This document shows, one piece after another, positions 1 through 8,939 of a DNA stretch of 64,000 nt. Both the position numbers and the translations under genes were made by a program. Location of the stretch: assembly GCA_963846575.1 (NCBI GenBank), contig CAWJWJ010000002.1, positions 1,248,001 to 1,312,000 of the forward strand. The letters are read 5' to 3'. The notes under the pieces were generated by a model. The model saw only the letters and a program-made list of their open reading frames with translations, made no database searches and was not told where the DNA came from. Numbering within the stretch: the stretch's first letter is position 1; the number at the start of each line of letters is the position of its first letter. Source of the stretch: an uncultured Nitrospiraceae bacterium. GTDB lineage: Bacteria > Nitrospirota > Nitrospiria > Nitrospirales > Nitrospiraceae.

Positions 1-3
1 GCG

Positions 4-3000
4 GTGCACTCCACGCGCGCGCGGCTCGGCTATTACGACGGTGCCGTCTCCTGTTTCCTGCTGCTGTCTTCCGTGGCATTCGACAGTTCCGTCGCCGGCA
101 TTTTTTGGACTTTGAGCGGAGGCGGCACGTTGTGTCTCCCCGGGGAGGGAGTACAAAAAGCTCCCGTCGAACTCGGCGTCCTTATCGAACGGGAACAGGT
201 GACGCATGTGCTGTGCCTTCCCTCTCTATATTCATCGTTACTGGGGGAGGTGCCGGTACACCAACTGCGCTCGCTCCGGACGGTCATCGTGGCCGGCGAA
301 AGCTGCCACCGCGATTTGGTGGCGCGGCACCATGCTCATCTGCCGGGGACGCAGCTCTGTAACGAATACGGCCCGACGGAAGGGACGGTCTGGAGTAGCG
401 TGTACCAGTGCCGGCAGCCGGAAGGGAATACGACCGTGCCGATCGGCCGGCCGATTGCCGGAGTAAGCATCTATCTCCTGGATCATGGCTTGAGACCGGT
501 TCCCATCGGGATTCCCGGCGAATTGTGTATTGCCGGAGCAGGCCTGGCCTCGGGGTACCATAACCGGCCGGCCCTGACCGCGCAGAAATTCATCCCCGAC
601 CCCTTCGGATCGGCTGCCGGAAGCCGTCTGTACCGGACCGGTGATCTGGCACGCTACCGGCCGGATGGAAACATTGAGTTTATCGGACGCCGCGATCAGC
701 AGGTGAAGCTCCGCGGCTATCGCATCGAACTGGGGGAGATCGAAGCACGGCTGCTCGAGCATCCGGAGATAGAGGAAGCCGTGGTGCTTCTCCGCGAGAG
801 CCGCGCCGGGGAAACGCAGCTGGTGGCCTATCTCGTCTCCAAACAGGCGGCACTCAAGGCTCCGGTGGTGAAGGAGTATCTGAAGGCCAGCCTGCCGGAA
901 TACATGGTTCCCCCGACGATCGTCTTCCTGGGTGCCTTGCCACTGAGCCCCAATGGCAAGGTGGATCGAAACGCGTTGCCCGCGCCGGATGCCGGGACTG
1001 CCCTGCTGGAAAGGTACGAGGCACCTCGCACGACGACGGAGGAACTCCTGGCCGGGATCTGGGGCGATGTGCTGCAGGTGCCCCGGGTGGGGGCGGGTGA
1101 CAATTTTTTCGACCTGGGCGGCCATTCCCTGCTTGCGACGCAAGTGATGGCGAGGGTGCGGGAGGTGTTTCAGATGGAGGCGCCTGTGCGCCTCCTCTTC
1201 GAGACGACTTCCGTGGCGGAGCTGGCCCGGGTGCTGGACTCGTTCCGCTGCCGGAGGCCGGGCCTCGACGCGCCGCCGCTCGTACCGATCAGGCGAGAGG
1301 AAGCAGCGCCGCTCTCCTTTGCGCAGCAACGCCTGTGGATCCTGGCTCAGTTGGATCCGGAGGGGACGGCCTACAATATTCCGATCGCATTGCGCGTCAC
1401 GGGCCCATTGAATCTGGCCGCCCTGGAATGGAGCTTTCATGAACTCGTCGCACGCCATGAGGTGCTGAGAACGACCTTTCAGACCACGAAGGCCGAGGCA
1501 GTCCAAGTCATCGCGGCCTCTCTCAGGGTTCCGCTACCGGTGATCGATCTGCAGCACGTCCCCGAACAGACTCGCCTCGAAGCGGCGATGCGTCTGTCTG
1601 AAGCGGAGGCGAACCGGCCGTTCGAGTTGCAATATGGTCCGCTTGTGCGGACCAGTGTCATTCGGCTGCAGCCGGAAGAACACGTCCTGCTGGTGAGCCT
1701 GCACCATATCGTGTCGGATGCCTGGTCTGCCCGGATTCTGGTCCATGAAATGAGCCTGCTTTACGAAACGTCTCTTCACGGCGGGGCATCGACGCTGCCG
1801 GAGTTGCCGATTCAGTATGCGGATTTCGCCATCTGGCAACGCAGCTGGCTGTCGGGCGATGTGCTCGAACGGGAGTTGTCGTATTGGCGGCAGCTGTTGG
1901 GAGGAGATCTGCCGCAACTGGAGTTGCCCACGGATCGACCGAGGCCTGCGGTTCACAGGACCCACGGAGCCACCCTGTCATCGCTGCTGCCCGGAGATCT
2001 ATCAGCCGCCCTGAGAGAACGTAGCCGCCGTGCCCGCGCGACGGTGTCCATGCTGTGCCTGGCGACCTTCTCGTTGTTGCTCTCGCGCTATTCAGGACAG
2101 GAAGACCTCGTTGTGGGGACGCCGGTGGGCAATCGCACTCGCCGCGAGCTGGAGCCATTGATCGGGTTTTTTGTGAATACCCTGGCCCTGCGCATCAACC
2201 TGTCCGGCAATCCGACGGTCGACGAGGTCGTGGCGCGGGTGCGGGACGTGTGCCTCGGGGCCTATGCGCACCAGGAGGTCCCCTTTGAAAAGCTGGTAGA
2301 AGTGTTACAACCAGCGCGACAGCTCGGCGCCTCCCCGATCTTCCAGGTCATGTTTGATTTTCAGCATGCTTCCGCTGAACCGCCGGAAGTGCCCGGGTTG
2401 CGGTTTGCACCCTTGGCCGCCGTCACGCACACCGCCAAATTCGATCTATCAATGACCGTCGCGGACCGGGGCGCGGAGTTTGAGGTGAGCCTCGAATACA
2501 ACACCGATTTGTTCGAACCCTCCACCATCGGACGTATGGCCGCTCACTTCCAGTCGCTCCTCGACGCGGTCGTGACCAGGCCGCAGCAGCGACTGAGCGA
2601 GCTCGCGCTGATGGGGGCGGAGGAGCGGGTGACGGTGGTGGAAACGTGGAATCAGACGGCGCGCGCCTATCCGACCGACCGGACGGTGCCGGACCTGATT
2701 GCCGCCCAGGCGGTGCGAACCCCCACGGCAGTGGCCGTCCGGGATGGCGAGAAGACGCTGACCTACGCGGCGCTGCTGGAGCGGGCGAATCAGGTGGCGC
2801 AAGCCATTCGGGCCCACGGGGTCGGGACGGAGTCCCTGGTTGGTATCGCGCTGGAGCGGTCGCTGGATTTGGTGGTGGGTCTGCTGGGGATTTGGCAAGC
2901 CGGGGCGGCCTATGTGCCGCTGGACCCGAGCTATCCGTCGGAACGGCTTGCCTACATGCTGGCCGATAGCGAAGCCGCGCTGCTCCTGACGCAGACGGGG

Positions 3001-5280
3001 CTGGGCGTACGGGTGTCCTTCGCCGGGCCCACCTTGTACGTGGACCGGGATTGGCCGCGCATTGCCACCTATCCGCCGGTGGCTCCCGACGGCGAACGCC
3101 CGGACGAGGCCCTGGCCTATGTCATCTATACATCGGGGTCGACGGGGTTGCCCAAGGGGGCCGGTAACACGCACGGGGCGCTGCGCAATCGTCTTCAGTG
3201 GATGCAGGAGGCCTATGGGCTGACGGCGGCCGACCGGGTGTTGCAGAAAACCCCGATCAGTTTCGACGTGTCCGTATGGGAGCTCTTCTGGCCGCTGCTC
3301 GTCGGGGCCGAGCTGGTTCTGGCCGCCCCGGGCGAACACAAGGATCCGGCGGCGCTGATTGAACGCATCGTGCGGACCGGGGTCACGACGTTGCATTTCG
3401 TGCCGCCCATGCTGCAGGCGTTTCTCGAGTCGTCCGGGGTCGAGCGCTGCCGGTCGTTGACGAGGATCATGTGCAGCGGTGAAGCCTTGCCGGCGGATCT
3501 TCCGCCGCTGGTGCATCGGCTTTGGCCAGGGGCGGGATTGCACAACCTCTACGGGCCGACCGAGGCCGCCATCGATGTGACCGCCTGGGCCTGTCCGCTC
3601 CAGGCGGGGAGCACCGTGCCCATCGGGCGTCCGATCGCTAACACGCAGATCTATGTGTGTGATGCAGAGGGAGAGCCTGTTCCCATAGGGGTACCGGGCG
3701 AGCTTTATATCGGGGGCGTGGCCGTCGGGCGGGGTTATCACCGGCGGCCCGCGCTCACGGCGGAGCGTTTTGTGCCGGACCGGTTCAGTGCGAACCCGGG
3801 CGCGAGGCTCTATCGCACCGGCGATCTGGTGCGATCCCGGCCAGATGCCGCCATCGAGTATCTTGGCCGCCTGGATCACCAGGTGAAGATTCGAGGAGTC
3901 CGGATCGAGCTGGGGGAGATCGAGCAGACGCTGCGTCAACAGCCGGGGATTCGAGAGGCCGTGGTTGTGGCGCGTGGCGACGGGCCTAAGCAACTGGTGG
4001 GGTATGTGACGACGATCCCGGAGACGGCCGTGGACTGTGCGGCGCTGCGGCAGGCATTGGGGCGGACGTTACCGGACTATCTCGTGCCGGCGGTGATCGT
4101 TCCGATGCCGCACCTGCCGCTGAGTCCGAACGGCAAGGTGGACCGCAAAGTCTTGCCGGCTCCGGATCTGGGGAGTGCGCTCACGAATCGTTACGTGGCC
4201 CCGCGGACTGTCCGGGAAGAAATGCTGTCGACACTATGGGCTGAGGTGCTGGGACTGTCCCGTGTGGGGATTCATGACAACTTCTTCGATCTGGGCGGGC
4301 ACTCTCTCTTGGCGGTGCGACTCGTCTCTCGATTGCAACAGTCGATCGGTCGCCCTATCTCATTGATGTCGGTCTTCCAACATCCGACCGTAGCGACATG
4401 GGCGGACTACTGCGACGGTCTCGAGGACGAACGTCCCTCGCCGTTACGATCCATACAGCCAGCTGGTTCTCGTCCCCCGTTGTACTGCATCGACCCCACC
4501 GGGACGCATGTGCTCGCGTACCGGCCCTTGGCCTATGCGCTGGGGGAGGATCAACCGGTCTACGGCATCACCCTGAGCCGGATCTTTTCAATGTCGTGGA
4601 CTGACCTTTCGATCGCGCGGATGGCGGCGGAGTTCGCGCGTGAGATCCGACATCATCAACCGACGGGGCCCTATCGATTGCTGGGATGGTCGAATGGCGG
4701 GGCCATGGCCCTGGCAATCGCTCAGGCGTTGGAATGTCAAGGAGAAGTGATCGAGTTCCTCGGGCTTCTGGATACGCAGCCCCCTCTGGAGACTCATGCC
4801 GGCGGGCATGTCGAGATCATCGATGAAATGATGGCTTACATTTCGCGCGAACGCCGCGAAACGTTTTTTTCCCTGCCCGACACAGAACGGCAGGCGCTTC
4901 GCACGCAGTTAATGCAGCTCAACGAGGAAGATCGGCTCGTCCACGCGATTCGATGGGCGCTCGCCCACGGATTATTGTCTGCCGAAGAATCACAGGCCTC
5001 GGTTGAGGCGCTCAAGATCGGGTACGCCCTGGGAAGGAGCACAATCTGCTTCCTGCAGGCATTCCAACCCGGAACCCTTCACGCCCCGCTCTCGGTTTGG
5101 TGGACCAGCGACACGCTCGGGCGGCATGGCCGGGCTCCGATCGACTGGCAGCGATACACCCGTGGGGAAGTATCCAGTTACTCCGTTACCGGTGATCACA
5201 GGGATGCGGTGCAGAGCATTCAGGTGCATCAAAAGATCGACGAGATTCTGCGCGGGCTCCGCGCGGAGGAGTGTGAATGA
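4..5280 (+). CDS. NRPS, terminal part (partial A-PCP-C-A-PCP-TE); probably 5'-truncated by the window edge
   Basis: A motifs YGPTE, YRTGDL, YTSGSTGLPKG, NGKVDR; two PCP motifs FFDLGGHSLL; C motif HHIVSDAWS; TE motif GWSNGG. Confidence 0.97.
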   Translation: MHSTRARLGYYDGAVSCFLLLSSVAFDSSVAGIFWTLSGGGTLCLPGEGVQKAPVELGVLIEREQVTHVLCLPSLYSSLLGEVPVHQLRSLRTVIVAGESCHRDLVARHHAHLPGTQLCNEYGPTEGTVWSSVYQCRQPEGNTTVPIGRPIAGVSIYLLDHGLRPVPIGIPGELCIAGAGLASGYHNRPALTAQKFIPDPFGSAAGSRLYRTGDLARYRPDGNIEFIGRRDQQVKLRGYRIELGEIEARLLEHPEIEEAVVLLRESRAGETQLVAYLVSKQAALKAPVVKEYLKASLPEYMVPPTIVFLGALPLSPNGKVDRNALPAPDAGTALLERYEAPRTTTEELLAGIWGDVLQVPRVGAGDNFFDLGGHSLLATQVMARVREVFQMEAPVRLLFETTSVAELARVLDSFRCRRPGLDAPPLVPIRREEAAPLSFAQQRLWILAQLDPEGTAYNIPIALRVTGPLNLAALEWSFHELVARHEVLRTTFQTTKAEAVQVIAASLRVPLPVIDLQHVPEQTRLEAAMRLSEAEANRPFELQYGPLVRTSVIRLQPEEHVLLVSLHHIVSDAWSARILVHEMSLLYETSLHGGASTLPELPIQYADFAIWQRSWLSGDVLERELSYWRQLLGGDLPQLELPTDRPRPAVHRTHGATLSSLLPGDLSAALRERSRRARATVSMLCLATFSLLLSRYSGQEDLVVGTPVGNRTRRELEPLIGFFVNTLALRINLSGNPTVDEVVARVRDVCLGAYAHQEVPFEKLVEVLQPARQLGASPIFQVMFDFQHASAEPPEVPGLRFAPLAAVTHTAKFDLSMTVADRGAEFEVSLEYNTDLFEPSTIGRMAAHFQSLLDAVVTRPQQRLSELALMGAEERVTVVETWNQTARAYPTDRTVPDLIAAQAVRTPTAVAVRDGEKTLTYAALLERANQVAQAIRAHGVGTESLVGIALERSLDLVVGLLGIWQAGAAYVPLDPSYPSERLAYMLADSEAALLLTQTGLGVRVSFAGPTLYVDRDWPRIATYPPVAPDGERPDEALAYVIYTSGSTGLPKGAGNTHGALRNRLQWMQEAYGLTAADRVLQKTPISFDVSVWELFWPLLVGAELVLAAPGEHKDPAALIERIVRTGVTTLHFVPPMLQAFLESSGVERCRSLTRIMCSGEALPADLPPLVHRLWPGAGLHNLYGPTEAAIDVTAWACPLQAGSTVPIGRPIANTQIYVCDAEGEPVPIGVPGELYIGGVAVGRGYHRRPALTAERFVPDRFSANPGARLYRTGDLVRSRPDAAIEYLGRLDHQVKIRGVRIELGEIEQTLRQQPGIREAVVVARGDGPKQLVGYVTTIPETAVDCAALRQALGRTLPDYLVPAVIVPMPHLPLSPNGKVDRKVLPAPDLGSALTNRYVAPRTVREEMLSTLWAEVLGLSRVGIHDNFFDLGGHSLLAVRLVSRLQQSIGRPISLMSVFQHPTVATWADYCDGLEDERPSPLRSIQPAGSRPPLYCIDPTGTHVLAYRPLAYALGEDQPVYGITLSRIFSMSWTDLSIARMAAEFAREIRHHQPTGPYRLLGWSNGGAMALAIAQALECQGEVIEFLGLLDTQPPLETHAGGHVEIIDEMMAYISRERRETFFSLPDTERQALRTQLMQLNEEDRLVHAIRWALAHGLLSAEESQASVEALKIGYALGRSTICFLQAFQPGTLHAPLSVWWTSDTLGRHGRAPIDWQRYTRGEVSSYSVTGDHRDAVQSIQVHQKIDEILRGLRAEECE

Positions 5281-5384
5281 CGTTAAGCAAGGTTTTGTGA
5301 CGAGCCTCGTCTTTGGAGGCCTGCTCTAAGCCGGCACTCACGAGAATCCGGAACAGGGGGCTTTATGACAAGTAGCCAATTCGA

Positions 5385-5460
5385 TGGTGCGCCCGACAGG
5401 ACTTGAACCTGTAACCCCCAGATCCGTAGTCTGGTGCTCTATCCATTGAGCTACGGGCGC
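5385..5460 (-). tRNA. tRNA-Arg (ACG)
   Basis: Reverse complement GCGCCCGTAGCTCAATGGATAGAGCACCAGACT-ACG-GATCTGGGGGTTACAGGTTCAAGTCCTGTCGGGCGCACCA; cloverleaf, T-loop and encoded CCA. Confidence 0.97.
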
Positions 5461-5475
5461 GATCGGTACTGTGGA

Positions 5476-5512
5476 GAGCCCGCTCGAAGAAGGAAGTCTT
5501 CGGAGCGGGCTC
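5476..5512. other. Strong hairpin in the tRNA-Arg leader (processing or termination element)
   Basis: GAGCCCGCTC/GAGCGGGCTC plus inner GAAGA/TCTTC, about 15 bp with one bulge. Confidence 0.55.
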
Positions 5513-5527
5513 CAAGAAGCAGCGCCC

Positions 5528-5557
5528 GTTATACAGGCTTGAGGGAAGAACGGTCAA
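5528..5557 (-). promoter_or_regulatory. sigma70-type promoter for tRNA-Arg
   Basis: Minus strand TTGACC-N18-TATAAC followed by a GC-rich discriminator. Confidence 0.6.
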
Positions 5558-5579
5558 GTCTCACGTGTCAGTTACGTCG

Positions 5580-7268
5580 TTAAAAGATGCTCCTACTCAA
5601 TTCTCCGGATGGTGAGCTTTCGTTTCCGCTCCTGTCGTAGGCAGTCACCACGAAGAAGTAGGTCGATCCCAACGGCAACGTCAGTCGCGTCGTTGTAACA
5701 TTTCCCACATCGAACATTTGAGCGCGCGAGCCCGAGGACGTCCCTACGTACACCCGATACCCTTGAAGATCGCCTTCACTGTTCGCACTCCATGTGACGG
5801 TGACCGTTCCGGTTCCCGTCCCGGAAGGTGGCGGCGGCGGCGTGGCACTGCCGATCGGCGGCGGTGATGACGGCGGCGTGGTGCCGGTTGCAGAGACCGT
5901 GGCTGTCACCGGGATGCGCAACATGTTTGACCCGTTGGGGCCGCTTTCGCTGATATAGACTACGGCGGAATAGGTGCCGACATTCAACGCCGCGGTGTTG
6001 ACCGTGACGGTGATGGGATCGACTTCGGAGGTAATCGTCTGGGTGCTGCCATAGGGCGGGTTGAGCGTGATCCAGGACTGGTTCGTGCTGATGCTATAGG
6101 CGCTCTGACTCGAGCCGGATTTTTGCAGATTAAAAATACCTGTCGCGGGTGAGCCTTTGGGGGCCGAGAGCGAGAGGGCGGCAGGGAAGGCCTGGATCAT
6201 GGGCGTCAAGGATCCGCTCGGGGGTGGGGGCGGCGGCGTCGTGGATGGCGGCGGCGGCGTGCTCGACGGCGGCGGGGGCGTCGTGGATGGCGGTGGCGGC
6301 GTGCTTGACGGCGGCGGCGGGGTCGCTGCTGGCGGCGGCGTGGTGCCGGACGCGGCGACCGTGATCGCGACGGGGATGCGCAACATGTTCGACCCGTTAG
6401 GGCCGCTTTCGCTGATATAGACTACGGCGGAATAGGTGCCGACATTCAACGCCGCGGTGTTGACCGTGACGGTGATGGGATCGACTTCGGAGGTAATCGT
6501 CTGGGTGCTGCCATAGGGCGGGTTGAGCGTGATCCAGGACTGGTTCGTGCTGATGCTATAGGCGCTCTGACTGGAGCCTGATTTTTGCAGATTAAAAATA
6601 CCTGTCGCGGGTGAGCCTTTGGGGGCCGAGAGCGAGAGGGCGGCAGGGAAGGCCTGGATCAAGGGTTTCAAGGAGCCGCTGGGCGGTGGGGGCGGCGGCG
6701 TCGTGGATGGCGGCGGCGTGCTCGAGGGCGGCGGCGGGGGCGTCGTGGATGGCGGTGGCGGCGTGCTTGACGGCGGCGGCGGGGTCGCTGCTGGCGGTGG
6801 CGTGCTCCCGGCTGCGGTCACGGTAGTGGTCACCGGAATGCGCCACGTGGTCGAGACACCAGGACCGGATTGTCCGATATAGATGACCCCCGAATAGGTA
6901 CCAGCCGAAAGTCCCATCGAAGCGGTATTCACCGTCACCGTAATGACGTCGGTTTCGGTGGAAATTGTTTGAGTGCTGCCATAGGGGGGATTGAGCCAAA
7001 TCCAGGATTGGTTTGCGCTGATGAAATAGGTCTGTTGTGAGGCGTCTGTCTTTTTGAGGGTGAGGGTTCCGGTGCCGGTGCTTCCCTGTGGGACCGTGAT
7101 CGATACGGCGCCCGGCGTAAACTGAATATTCTGTCCGAAGGCCAGTGACCCTCCTGCCGCACATTCCATCAGTCCGAACATGAGCATCAAGGCGAGTATA
7201 TGTCCGGTCGCACGAGAGCGGACGCCTTGAATTGGATGTGCGTTGAGTGATGCGGGTAGGCCGATCAT
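5580..7268 (-). CDS. Secreted/surface protein with three BACON/Ig-like repeats, Pro/Ser/Thr linkers and a C-terminal Fn3-like domain
   Basis: N-terminal hydrophobic signal; repeats with SxNQSWIxLNP and GTYS; C-terminal VTVTW..GYRVY..YFFVVTAYD..GNES. Confidence 0.8.
   Translation of the reverse strand: MIGLPASLNAHPIQGVRSRATGHILALMLMFGLMECAAGGSLAFGQNIQFTPGAVSITVPQGSTGTGTLTLKKTDASQQTYFISANQSWIWLNPPYGSTQTISTETDVITVTVNTASMGLSAGTYSGVIYIGQSGPGVSTTWRIPVTTTVTAAGSTPPPAATPPPPSSTPPPPSTTPPPPPSSTPPPSTTPPPPPPSGSLKPLIQAFPAALSLSAPKGSPATGIFNLQKSGSSQSAYSISTNQSWITLNPPYGSTQTITSEVDPITVTVNTAALNVGTYSAVVYISESGPNGSNMLRIPVAITVAASGTTPPPAATPPPPSSTPPPPSTTPPPPSSTPPPPSTTPPPPPPSGSLTPMIQAFPAALSLSAPKGSPATGIFNLQKSGSSQSAYSISTNQSWITLNPPYGSTQTITSEVDPITVTVNTAALNVGTYSAVVYISESGPNGSNMLRIPVTATVSATGTTPPSSPPPIGSATPPPPPSGTGTGTVTVTWSANSEGDLQGYRVYVGTSSGSRAQMFDVGNVTTTRLTLPLGSTYFFVVTAYDRSGNESSPSGELSRSIF
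5911..6661. repeat. Intragenic near-identical duplication: 5911-6199 vs 6373-6661 (offset 462 bp)
   Basis: About 289 bp with roughly 4 synonymous mismatches by eye; flanked by GGC-rich Pro-linker repeats. Confidence 0.9.
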
Positions 7269-7323
7269 GGCAGGTATCCCCCTTAGGTATGTTCAAATGG
7301 AAAATGCAATCGCCTGTTGGTTG

Positions 7324-7338
7324 GCAACAGGCGTGCCA
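7324..7338 (-). promoter_or_regulatory. sigma54 (-24/-12) promoter for the BACON/Fn3 gene
   Basis: Minus strand TGGCACGCCTGTTGC, exact GG-N10-GC with TTGC, about 55 bp upstream of the start. Confidence 0.75.
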
Positions 7339-7773
7339 CCGCAAGTACAGCAGGTGTTGCGCTTATTTGTTTGTCGGGAATCACTCAGCAGAATTCGGTG
7401 AGATTCCGGACAGGACGAAGATCAGGGCTGACCCTAACCAAAGAACTTCGATTAGGCAAGTAAAAAATTCGTAACGGTCAGGTACGCTGTTCACCGAGGT
7501 CAGGTAGAACGGCTCTATCCGGAGACGACCAACGGTTTGAATGAGTCACCGGATGGCACAAACCCGCCGGAGTTTCCTCGTCGATTCACATCACAGCGTT
7601 GGAATGAGGCTCGGAGCCGGGGATCGCCGGTTGTCGCATCATATTGCGGCTCAGAAACTTGTTGACCGGTGCCCATAGGTAGGGTATCTGTGTGCCGCCC
7701 TTTAGATGAGGTACGTAGTCGATCAAATGTGGCACGGCAAAAAGTGACCGGAATATAGAGGAGTCTTGAGACT

Positions 7774-8808
7774 ATGATCGCGCTCCGATCTCTGGCCTGG
7801 GTGTTCGTGCTGTGCCTTGCCGTAGAGGGTGTATCGTTCGCCACAGAGGAAGCCGCGCCTCCTCCTCGCCCATCCTCGAGCCCCCGGGTGGATGTCAGCC
7901 TGTCCGAATGGTTTAGCCAGGGTGAAACGGTCTGGAGCCATAACGCCTCCGGTCTGGACCCGAACCTGGGCAACCCCAGTTCAAAACTGAAGTACAAGGA
8001 TACCGGCACCAACGTGACCGAACTCACCGCGCGGGTGCACCTCAAGAACAAGGTCTTCGTCCGGGGCGCGTTCGGATACGGCGTCGTCGGCGGTGGGCGC
8101 CTCACGGACGATGATTTTCTGAGTGCTCAGGGCGCGGCAAGCCAGGGCGCGAGCGTCAGCGGCGCACATCGATTTTCACGCACCTACAGCGACATTAGCG
8201 GCGACAACCTTTGGTATCTCAACGGTGATCTGGGCGTGACGGCATATACGTTTCCAAACAACAAGGGCAGTCTCGGGTTGTTCGTGGGATTGCAGTATTG
8301 GCGGGAGCGGCACACTGCAACCGGGGTGACGCAAGCCGAATGTACCACAGCGTCCTCTCCGAGCTCGGATTTCCGCTGTTCTCCGGCGGGTACGGTCGGA
8401 TTCCGCAATCAAACGGTGATTACCAATTCCGTGACCTGGGTTTCGGCGCGCTACGGAGGCGAGCTCGAGTACAAGCTCGACTCACGCGTCAGTATCGACG
8501 CAAAAGCTGCGCTGTTGTTCTCCTATCTGAACAATGAGGATGTCCACCACCTGAGAACCGATCTGGCGCAGGATCCGAGTTTCCGGATGACGGGTCTTGG
8601 CGTCGGAACGAATACAGATGTGAACCTTCGCGTCAGAATCTGGGATCGCTTATATCTGACGGGTGGCTATCGCGTCTGGTGGAATCGCGTGCTCACGGCT
8701 GATCAGTGGAAAATCTACGGCGCGAATGGATCGTCGGCGACGGCTCCTCTGACTGAATTTCAAACCCTTCGGCATGGACCCACTGTCGGACTGATCTATA
8801 CGTTCTAG
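7774..8808 (+). CDS. Omptin-like outer-membrane beta-barrel protease
   Basis: Signal peptide, amphipathic strands, terminal YTF; RLTDDDF and EDVHHLR resemble omptin DxD and DxH catalytic motifs. Confidence 0.65.
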   Translation: MIALRSLAWVFVLCLAVEGVSFATEEAAPPPRPSSSPRVDVSLSEWFSQGETVWSHNASGLDPNLGNPSSKLKYKDTGTNVTELTARVHLKNKVFVRGAFGYGVVGGGRLTDDDFLSAQGAASQGASVSGAHRFSRTYSDISGDNLWYLNGDLGVTAYTFPNNKGSLGLFVGLQYWRERHTATGVTQAECTTASSPSSDFRCSPAGTVGFRNQTVITNSVTWVSARYGGELEYKLDSRVSIDAKAALLFSYLNNEDVHHLRTDLAQDPSFRMTGLGVGTNTDVNLRVRIWDRLYLTGGYRVWWNRVLTADQWKIYGANGSSATAPLTEFQTLRHGPTVGLIYTF

Positions 8809-8939
8809 GCGTCGGCAAAACCGGGTGATCGCTGAACGGTCCGACCTGCACGTTTGCCTTCGAGGTATCACGCCGGCAGCACACGCAGACCGTTCTGCTG
8901 CGCGGAGGCTTCAAGGTCGGCGGGCCTGGAGTGGAACGG

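Noticed and set aside
238..3993. Long antisense ORFs (238-1506, 2449-3993) in the NRPS
   Set aside because: Shadow ORFs from GC-rich codon bias; no motifs. The same applies to 10897-11793, 12035-12940, 31649-32614 and 53546-54658.
6220..6800. GGC-rich tandem repeats as a CRISPR array
   Set aside because: They encode in-frame Pro linkers; no unique spacers or cas genes
7730..7745. TGGCACG upstream of the omptin-like gene as a sigma54 promoter
   Set aside because: No GC at the -12 position
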